A DNA stretch of 64,000 nt from Schmidtea polychroa (Eukaryota): positions 183,198,312-183,262,311 of the forward strand of contig CM097886.1 in NCBI GenBank assembly GCA_044892525.1, written 5' to 3'. Below the pieces are notes generated by a model. It saw only the letters and a list, made by a program, of their open reading frames with translations. It made no database searches and was not told the DNA's origin. The position numbers and the translations under genes were made by a program. Below are positions 12,435 through 22,100 of this stretch, piece by piece (the stretch's first letter is position 1; each line of letters begins with the position of its first letter).

Positions 12435-13330
12435 GATTGCTCTGCTGGCTATAGACGATCAACTGATAAATTCTCTAATACATAGCTTGAAATATTTTGG
12501 CTGCTTTTCTAATAGACGAAACGGACCATTATATGGAGCTTCTAATGATTTCCGTACATCTTTTCTCATGTACACGAATTCACAATCCTTAATATATTTA
12601 TTGATCGTCATACAATCTTGCAATGGTCTTTCGATTATTCTGAAGCTCTCAATAATTTCTTTAAATTGATATGGAGAAGCTTCTATTTATGAATTAAAAA
12701 TAATTCCTGGTACAGCAAGATCACATTCAAATGCTTTTTGTGTCGGAGAATAACCTGCTGAATCCCGACTGTTCCTTATCGTTAACAGTACCTGAGGTAA
12801 AACGTCAAACTTTTAATTTAATTTTATTCATTTTATTAATTTATTATTAATTTTATCCATTGAAGCCATTTCTTGAGATTTTAGTGTCTGATGGAATTCT
12901 GCAACTTTACAATTGGCTTGGGAATGATAAGCGCATGTTTGATTTGTATTTATTTCAAGAAAGTTGAACATATACTGGAATAAAGAGTTTGTAAATTGAT
13001 CTGTTACAATTTCAGATGGGATTCCATATCGGGAAATCCCCACTTCAATTAGTGATTTTGCCACAGTTTCTGAATCTATATATTAAATGGCCAATACCTC
13101 AGGGTAATATGTTTAACTATCGATCATTGTTAGTAGATAGGACTTCTCGTTATTTGCTAGGAAGATTTGCAATTCTGCTTTGATATGACGATATACTTTT
13201 GATTTTAAGCAGGAATCGCGTTGCTGACACAACATCTGGACATCCTTTGTCATCTTGTGTCATGTATATGAACTCAACATCAATATCTTGGCCATTCGTA
13301 TTTCTGGATGAGCGACATATTTGGGTATAT
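12435..13330 (-). mobile_element. Decayed Ty3/gypsy integrase remnant
   Basis: AHPEIR..K..L..Y...M.KDV (zinc-binding region), SRYGIPSEIVTDQ...F...AYHSQAN..V.EFHQTLK (core), LEAPYNGPFRLL and SVDRL.PA (C-terminus); many stops. Confidence 0.85.
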
Positions 13331-13333
13331 AGA

Positions 13334-13935
13334 CAGTACTGTGCGAATTAGTGTGAATATGAAATAATTTACATGTTTTATCATCTAGTTATACGACCAT
13401 GTCAAAATTAGCTCCAGTTTAGTTTTACTGTTCTTATATTTGTTGTGTAATAACGTATTGGAGTTTACAGACGTGTTGTTATAGATAATTTAGTAAATTC
13501 TATTGTGCTTCCTTTAATTTTTTACTAAGACTATCCAAACTATTCTAATCTTTGTTTCTTTCTTATTTTAAAAGATGAATGTTTCTCCCAAGAAGAGCAC
13601 AAAAATTGTTACCTTAAGTGAACACATCAATGTATCAAAGAGATATTGCCAAAGAGTGTGGTGCGAGTTTAGGAGCTGTAATCAACATTTTAAAACAAAA
13701 GAAGGAATTTGAGACGGTTTAGGCGAATAGAAAAGGAAAATGTGGAAGGAAGAGGAAGACAATAATAGATGAATTTATAATAGGAGTAAGTAAATTGAAT
13801 TCTAGAGAAAATAACCAGCAACTTCAGAAAGGCTTAGCACATGGTGGAGTTATTATTCCCGATTCCACAGCTTGACAATGGCTTATCAAAGTTAGAACAA
13901 GTCTAATAGACCTCAAAAAAAAAACAATTATTGAG
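13334..13935 (+). mobile_element. 5' fragment of a Tc1-family transposon
   Basis: Begins CAGTACTGTGCGAA (Tc1-like TIR start). From 13575 it reads MNVSPKKSTKIVTLSEH..YQRDIAKECGASLGAVINILKQ...RKGKCGRKRKT (paired-HTH and GRKR linker), with frameshifts and stops. Confidence 0.75.
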
Positions 13936-13999
13936 CTTTGTTTAAAAAAGTGACAACGAAAACTTTACGACAGCTCATATCAATAGAATCATTAAACGC

Positions 14000-14455
14000 G
14001 ATAAGGACGATGTTTTGATCTGGTTATTGTATAAAGGTACCGGATCCCTTGTGTCGGTTGAAGGCATGATAAAGGCGCTTTGTTTAATTTGTAGAAATAT
14101 CGTAGCTGTTTTTAAAGATTATAATTTAAAACGGCATTATTTTCAAAAATATGTTTCCACGTATGATGATTACGACGGAATGTATCGTAAAGATAAAGTA
14201 GCTGGACTTAAGGAAAATCTGTTTTCTCAACAAACATTTTTCAAGAGAATTGTCACTCAAAATTATTCTGTCGTAAAAGTCAGTTATGTGGTAACAAATA
14301 TAATTGCAAAGAAGTCGAAACCCTTCACAGATCGCAAATTTATTAAGTAATGTTTGGAAAGTCTAGCTGACATTATTTGTCCAGATAAAAAATCAGACAT
14401 ATCAAAAATCAGTTTATCGCAACTAACTATAGGAGGACGAATTAAAGATATTCAG
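14000..14455 (+). mobile_element. N-terminal fragment of a second Buster/SPIN-type hAT transposase, cut by the gypsy LTR
   Basis: KALCLICRNIVAVFKDYNLKRHY...SYVV..IIAKKSKPFTD..FIK*CLE..A.IICPDKK...KISLS..TI..RI.DI. Confidence 0.85.
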
Positions 14456-14470
14456 GACACCTTTGTCCAT

Positions 14471-14695
14471 TGTGAGGCGTTTTGTAATTTGTATTTAAAT
14501 AATGGTATGATGTTGTGCTTGTTTGATTGTATGCTGAAATCCTTACTTATACATTAATTATTATTTTTTAGAAACTCATAAAACAAATTAACGTTATAAT
14601 TTGTTTTAATAATATTTGTGTTTTTATAATAAACGTGTTTTAGTTATGGATTCTATTAATACCCGTAGCTCTGTGGCTAATATGGCGACGACGAT
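14471..14695 (+). mobile_element. Putative 5' LTR (14471-14682) and tRNA-Ser(GCT)-like primer-binding site (14683-14695) of the gypsy element
   Basis: Starts TGT, contains AATAAA, ends ..TAATA (CA expected). Followed by TGGCGACGACGAT, close to TGGCGACGAGGAT, the complement of a typical tRNA-Ser(GCT) 3' end. No second LTR to confirm the boundaries. Confidence 0.6.
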
Positions 14696-16843
14696 TGCAA
14701 ATTTTATCAAGCCACAAGAAACATATGACATGAATTCAGACGTGGAAGATTTTATCTTAGAAACGGAACGATTCTTCGAGATGACAAATATTGTCGATGA
14801 ATACAGAAGCAAATTCGTCAAAGCTTTTCTATCAATCAATTCAACGAAGAAATATGAGTTGACTAATGAAACTCTGCATTATACAGAAAGATTAAGAAAC
14901 GCTTTTGCTAAGAACAGAAGTCTTATCGATGATCTCAACGAAGCGCTAAATTATCGTCAAGGAAATGAGGCTGCCGAAGAATTCTGCTCAAAAATTGAGA
15001 AACTTGCAAAAAATATTTTGAAGCATAAACTTGATGAAGAAGAACTAAAGAAATTTTTGCTATTCAATTCGCTTGAAGATAAAGAAGTTAAAAAAGATCT
15101 CAAAATGCAAGATTTAAAATCATTTGATGAAATGAAAGAAAGATTAAAGAGACACGACCAAGTTTCAAAAGAAATTAATGTATTTCATGCTGATGTAGCT
15201 TCAATGAATAAAACACAACGCTATGCTGATGCTGTTAAGAAGAGCTTACCAAGATATAGTTATGATAACAGATCAATTCGAGAACGAGAAGCTAATCCCA
15301 GATTCAAAGATGAATATAAAAGAGAACCTCAACATAATCCAAGATTCAAAGGCGATCTTACCAGAGAACATCGATATGCTATTTCAAATGAATGAAAACC
15401 TATGAATAGAAGTAAGCCTTATAATACCAGGGAATTTCATTCGCGAGATCATGTCCAAACAAATCAAATTTTGCGATGTTGGGCGTGCCACGAAGAAGGT
15501 CATAGAAGATCTGAATGCCCCAATATTCAATGTGCCCATTGTAAAAGATCTGGACATTTCAAACATCAGTGCCATGAGTTATTTCCAGGCAGACGTCGAA
15601 AATTCCATAAATCAGTGGCTGCATTCGGTGACGAGGATTCAGAGGCTGATTTTGAGTACCCAAATGGGAATGCTCCACCACACGAGGAGGTGATCGGAGC
15701 AATAAATTAAAGGTAATTAATGATATGAGTAAGGGTTGTATGATTTTGAATGATTGTGATAGGTTGAATGATTGTGATAGTTTGAATGATAACTGTTGTG
15801 ATGGTGTTTTTGATTATAGAAATTATATTAATATATACATTAATAAATTTTGTATGGATGAAGTTTTCAAAGACCCACCCCTAACTTCTAATGAACTAAA
15901 TGTTCTTAATCGTGATAAACGGAATGATATAATAGTATACGATAAAATGCAGGGAAGGCCCAGTGTTACCGTAATGATTAATAATGTAAAATTAGTATGC
16001 CTATTAGATACTGGAGCTAAAATAAGTGTGATTGATTATAATATTTTTAAAATACTTGGAAATTTGAATATGACTACAAGTAATCTGAAATTAAGATGTG
16101 CGAATTATAGCCCGATTGAAATTTGCGGTAAAACTTTATTAAATGTAAAAGTTGATAAAATTTCTGATATTAAAAAAGTAGAATTCGTTGTAGCCAAAGA
16201 TATAAACCCAAAGTTGATAGGAGGTATAGATTTTCTCGAAAGATTTGGAATGCAATTGCAAATAGAAAACCGTACAGACGAAATAAATACAATTATGGAA
16301 AATTCATTTAATAACCACATAAGTGAAGATAAGATTATAAATAATTTAATTTCCACGTTTGACGGTATTTTTATGAAACATAAATGGGATGTTGGAAAAA
16401 CCGAACTATTAAAGCATGAAATACTTACTAAAGGTTATAATAAACCCAAGACGACAACCTATACATTTAATAGAAAAAATTGAAGAAAATATTCAAGAAA
16501 TGTTGAAATATGGCATTATATATGAATGTACATCTCCTTGGAATTCTCCATTAGTATGTGTTAAAAAGAAAAACAGTAGTGATATAAGAATATGCTTGGA
16601 TTACCGTGCTTTAAATAATATAACCGAAAGACCTATTTTTCCCATTCCAAATACTGATGAATTATTAGATATTCTTGACGGAGCAAAGTTTTTCTCGACA
16701 ATTGATTTAGGCAATGCTTATAATCAAGAAGAACTCGATGATGCATCAAAATTGAAAACAGCATTTCCGACAAAAAGCAAGCAATATTACTTTAACAGAA
16801 TGCCATTTGGAATAGCAGCCGCACCAGCAACATTTCAAAGACT
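14682..16843 (+). mobile_element. Ty3/gypsy gag-protease-RT, 3'-truncated by the Penelope insertion, copy 1
   Basis: Gag with an in-frame TGA at 15393-15395 and two CCHC knuckles (CWACHEEGHRRSEC, CAHCKRSGHFKHQC). Pol in the -1 frame with protease LLDTGA and RT SPWNSPLVCVKKK..RICLDYR.LN, FSTIDL, RMPFGIAAAPATFQRL. No YxDD, RNase H or integrase follows. Confidence 0.93.
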
Positions 16844-18270
16844 TCTCGTTTCCGCCAATGGAACATTAGTAAAAAGACTACACACATCAAACGAAACCAT
16901 CATTTCATCATCAGAACTTTTCTTCAGTGCAGCAATGAATGAAGCAAATTCAAAGCTATCCTTACATTCGAACTCAGACGCCATTAAAGGTTTTAATAAC
17001 CCATCCAAAAATTTGGCAATTTTATATTGAGCGGTTCCTACCATCGATAACACTGGTCTCATAGACATACCTGCTTTATGTACTTTTGGAAGACCATAAA
17101 ACTGGTTTATATACAACGCCTGATAGTTTTTGTGAGTTTAAATATAAAAGGAATATGGTGAGAGGATTAGTGTTTCGTGCTTGGTCACTATCCTCCACGT
17201 TTGCTAATTCAGTAAAAAGTATTGATGTATTAGTTGAGTTGTTACTTAAAAATGGCTACTCTAAATCTTCTCTTGAGAAGATGACAAAAGTGACCGTGGA
17301 TAAGTTAATGTTTAAATCTGATAACGTTGGTATGTGTACGTCTGAATCTGAGGTACCTATTGATCCTGAGGAAAGAACTATGTTAAATTCGGAAAGTGAC
17401 AAGAATCGATCCAATCGCATGGAGCAGAAATATGTGTTAGTATTGCCTTATTCGGAGGGTTTCAGAGAATTTAAACATAAAATTCTCAAATATGTAGACA
17501 AGGATCAATTCAGGATTGTTTCCACTTCTTGCAAAGTTAGCAGTATGTTTACTAGTAAATGTCCAACGCCAATTGGTTTGTGTTCTGAGCTTGTGTATCA
17601 ATTTTCATGTAATGGGTGTAATGCCATATACATTGGAGAGACTGCCCGTCATCTCTGCACCCGAGTTCTTGAACACTGTCGACCATAAGGATTGACTAAT
17701 ATTAGTAATCATGTTAGGAAATGTGTCAGTAAAAAAATAGGTATCTCTGATTTTAAAATTATTTCAAAAGGTTTAAGTAATTATTGGGAACGAGTAACTT
17801 GTGAGTCATTGTTGATTAGATATTTAAATCCAAAAATAAATGATCAAGTTGCCCGTTCCACGGAGAATTTGAATGTGTTTAAGTAATTGAAGGATGAAGG
17901 TTGGGAGTCGTGTTTGTGGTATAATTATGTTTGTGTTTTGTAAACTATGTAATTTTTTTTAAATTTCTTAACTTTATGTTGAATGTTAAATGTTATTAAA
18001 TTAAAATTTAATTTTAAAATAATATGTATGTGGGGCTATGTAAAATATGGTTTGGTTTTTTAAAATATTGTTTTTGAAATATTTTTTTTAAAATTTTTGA
18101 TACAGTTTGGAGATGATTATTATTAGTTAATTTGTTTAGATATTGCATATTTTATGTCTTATTATTGATTATCCAGATTGCGGCCTGACGAAGATTGTTG
18201 TACAATTGAAATATATCGCGTTTATGTTGAATTTATTGAGTTGGCATTTCTGTATTATTAAATCATTGCC
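16844..18270 (+). mobile_element. Penelope-like retroelement with an inverted 5' RT segment, copy 1
   Basis: Minus strand ~17108-16844: FYGLPKVHK..MRPVLS..GT..Y.IAKFL..LLKPL...VSFDVCSLFTNVP (PLE RT). Plus strand ~17100-17886: TGLYT..DSF...KYK.. thumb region, then GIY-YIG YIGETARHLCTRVLEH and CESLLIR..NPKIN. The 3' boundary is approximate. Confidence 0.9.
18181..18220 (+). ncRNA. Candidate minimal type-I hammerhead ribozyme in the Penelope 3' region (stem I weak)
   Basis: CUGACGA-A-[GAUUGU UGU ACAAUU]-GAAA-UAUA-UC: catalytic core, 6-bp stem II, palindromic minimal stem III. Stem I has only 2 clean pairs. Confidence 0.5.
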
Positions 18271-18470
18271 ACGTTTTTTTGATTATTAATAATAATAATA
18301 TTAATTATTATTATTATAACAATCACTAAATGATGGCATCGATTTAAATATAAATAAAACGACAATCCAATATTAATAACTTTTTTTTAAAATTAAGAAA
18401 TAATGAAATAACAAGTGATTATAAAGTAAAATTATTTATTGGTATATTTTGGATAGAAAAATAGAAATCG

Positions 18471-18871
18471 TTAATGAATTGCATAATTATATCTTTCTTG
18501 AATGTTGCTTTTTAAATTGCGTCTTTCAGAAGCTAGAGATATTCGTTTGAATGAGAATGCAAATGCCTTTATTGCTCTATTGATGCTAAATGTGCTAATG
18601 TTCATTGGAATTATTTCATAAACTTGCGTTCGAATTGACTCTGATGTTATTGAAACATCCTCAAGAAAAAACCTCACGCAAATTCTTTTTCAGGCGTTAA
18701 CAGTTTTCCTTCGTGGCTTTTCGTTGATTCAATCCTTCCACCTTTTTGTATACACGGATAACACTCGCAACTGTTTGGTAATTTATATTTAATTAGTTTG
18801 AAATTTCTTTTATGCTTTAGCTGGGATATATTTATCGTAAACAAATAGCTCATCGAATCTGACAGCTTCAT
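18471..18871 (-). mobile_element. IS630/Tc1-superfamily transposase fragment (winged-HTH region)
   Basis: ..GKLLTPEKE..FFLEDVSITSESIRTQV....ISTFSINRAIKAFAFSFKRISLASERRNLKSNIQERYNYA resembles the region before the DDE domain of IS630-like transposases. Confidence 0.6.
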
Positions 18872-18934
18872 ACTTACAGAGATTTACATTCACCCTTAAT
18901 ATTTTGATTTTGACATCATTATTGAAAAAAGAGA

Positions 18935-18982
<48 letters not shown>
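18935..18982. repeat. (AAT)16 microsatellite; (AAT)7 in copy 2 at 52323-52343
   Basis: Counted directly; the 27-nt difference matches the offset change 33388 to 33361. Confidence 0.95.
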
Positions 18983-19108
18983 TTTAAATCAATAAATAAT
19001 AATAAATTAATAAAATAACTTGTCAATATATTATATAATTCAAATAAATCAATAATTATTCCATTTCCACAAAGTTTATGAAATATTTCAACATAAAATC
19101 GATCGCCT

Positions 19109-22100
19109 TCACTCAAATGCGAAATTTAAAAAATTTAACAAATCGATCTGACGCTTCATAAAATATTTATTTAAAATTCATAAATAAACCAATCAGATAT
19201 TTTCTCACCGATTTGTCGTAAACCGTTTTCTTCATGATCGATTCGACAAACAGATGATGGCCTTGATTGACAGCCAATTCCAGAAATGACAGCTCGCCCT
19301 AATCAATATCAATACAAATCCAAATAATTATTTGACCTTACGATTCTGCGCTGCCCATTGATAATGTGAGCAGAATTGAATCTCTTGAACCCGCTCATGT
19401 GCCCGTGAGTGATGCAGCGATAAAGGACGCACTGAAATTATTTATTTATTGATTTATTCAAATAATCAGCTCACTTCTTTCATTAAATTTGCATTTTTGT
19501 CCATTTTTGCTGTCAGCAATTCAATTGCATTATTGATTTCCTATTGGTGAGAATATTAATTATATCAATCAATAAGTCAATCAAACTTTATCATCAATTG
19601 GTTTGTCAAGGATTAATTTAATAATCTTATCAGCATTGGACTCGATTGCTCCCTCCAGCACAGCCAATCCAGGCTAAATATCAATTATTAAACAATCAGA
19701 ATATCACAAATTTACATAAATATTCTGCATTATGAAATCAGAAGATTTGAGCAAATCACCAAATGCGATTGCATCATCCCGTTCAATGGCAAGAAATAAC
19801 TGAAATATTTATTCAAATTGATTCATAATGAAATAATTCACACTTTCGCCGCATGAGTCAATAATTCCACGCAATCAGCACGATTATATTGCTTTGCATA
19901 ATCCAGCGGACTCTTTCCACCCTAAATAAATAATCCAATCAAAATATCCGAATCAGCGAATCATTTAAACATCCCCATTCACAAACAGATCATTAAAGCC
20001 CTGTGGCAATAATTGGGTCTAAAACCGACACTGCAAAACCGCGTGCAAAGTGTAAATACCCGTGAGATATCATGCTAAAGAAATAGTTGAGAAATGGCAA
20101 ATCTGATCAGAATTACTAGCCAATGGAATTGCCGATTTGCATTTATTAATGAATTCTGTCAGTGGAGATCTTCAAATGAAGTCGACATTTCAATATTGCT
20201 TCATTCATTTCAGACATTTACTAAGACTGCATAAAATTCTCCAGTGCAAGGAATAAATTGCCAGAAAAGCTGCTGGAAAAGCTTTTCATTCATTTTGAGG
20301 CGTTGCAGAAAATATTTCAAATAGCAAAAATTATTTCTGTTGAGAAGTGAAAAAGTGAATTAAAAATAAAATCGATAGCAAGGAAATAGCCAATTAAAAT
20401 GCTGAATTTAATGTGAGAAGTAGAGAAATGCAAATTTACAGGAAATATTTTACATATCAAAACGTAAACATTATTTGTGATGAACATCTGGCCTGCACAA
20501 TCAATATTCAGTGGCCATTGTTCTGCTTGCATTGCAATTATTGGCCTGATCTGTTTCACGGTAATTTTGATACAAATGCTATGTAAATATATAATTATTA
20601 TTTTTAGCTTTGTTTTTATCATTATCATTAAATTATTTGTGAAATGTCCGAAATATTGGCAAATACAAATGAGAAACCCGATGAGTATTCTGGCAATGAA
20701 AGCGATGAACATTATGACAGTGAATATATCATACAATAGTGACAGCGACACTCCTGACAATGAAGGAGCTTCTTCCTCCTCAGAAAGCGAGAGTGAATAT
20801 GAGAAATTTACAAAATAAAGGTGCGAATGTTACAGTTGATGAGCAACTATTTCCAACCAAGCTCGATGCTTTATAAATCATGACTTTGTTCTCACAATTT
20901 AGAAAGGTAAACCGAACTAAAGTTATTTTTAAACATAAATTCTCTTTCATTTTATAATAATATATCTGACCGAATGGCAAGGAAATGTAGCGTCAAATCT
21001 GGGCCTAGAATATGGCCGCTTCAAGTACCTTTCAATATGCTAGGCTTAGCTGCAATGAATGCCTCGATACCATATAAGGGAACCGCAGCAGATAACATAT
21101 CAATATGCTAGGCATAGCTGCAATGAATGCCTTGATACCATATAAGGGAACTGCAGCAGATAACATATCAATATGCTAGGCCTAGCTGCAATGAATGCCT
21201 CGATACCATACAAGGGAACTGCAGCAGATAACATATCAATATGCTAGGCCTAGCTGCAATGAATGCCTCGATACCATACAAGGGAACTGCAGCAGATAAC
21301 ATATCAATATGCTAGGCATAGCTGCAATGAATGCCTCGATACCATATAAGGGAACTGCAGCAGATAACATATCAATATGCTAGGCCTAGCTGCAATGAAT
21401 GCCTCGATACCATATAAGGGAACCGCAGCAGATAACATATCAATATGCTAGGCCTAGCTGCAATGAATGCATCGATACCATATAAGGGAGCTGCAGCAGA
21501 TAACATATCAATATGCTAGGCCTAGCTGCAATGAATGCCTCGATACCATATAAGGGAATAGCAGCAGATAACATATCAATATGCTAGGCATAGCTGCAAT
21601 GAATGCCTCGATACCATATAAGGGAATAGCAGCAGATAACATATCAATATGCTAGGCCTAGCTGCAATGAATGCCCCGATACCATATAAGGGAACTGCAG
21701 CAGATAACATATCAATATGCTAGGCCTAGCTGCAATGAATGCCTCGATACCATACAAGGGAACTGCAGCAGATAACATATCAATATGCTAGGCATAGCTG
21801 CAATGAATGCCTCGATACCATATAAGGGAATAGCAGCAGATAACATATCAATATGCTAGGCCTAGCTGCAATGAATGCCTCGATACCATATAAGGGAACT
21901 GCAGCAGATAACATATCAATATGCTAGGCTTAGCTGCAATGAATGCCTCGATACCATATAAGGGAACAGCAGCAGATAACATATCAATATGCTAGGCATA
22001 GCAGCAATGAATGCCTCGATACCATATAAGGGAACTGCAGCAGATAACATATCAATATGCTAGGCCTAGCTGCAATGAATGCCTCGATACCATATAAGGG

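Noticed and set aside
20317-20818. Hydrophobic 147-aa and 113-aa ORFs as membrane proteins
   Set aside because: AT-rich TE leader sequence overlapping the piggyBac remnant. The Ile/Phe richness is compositional.
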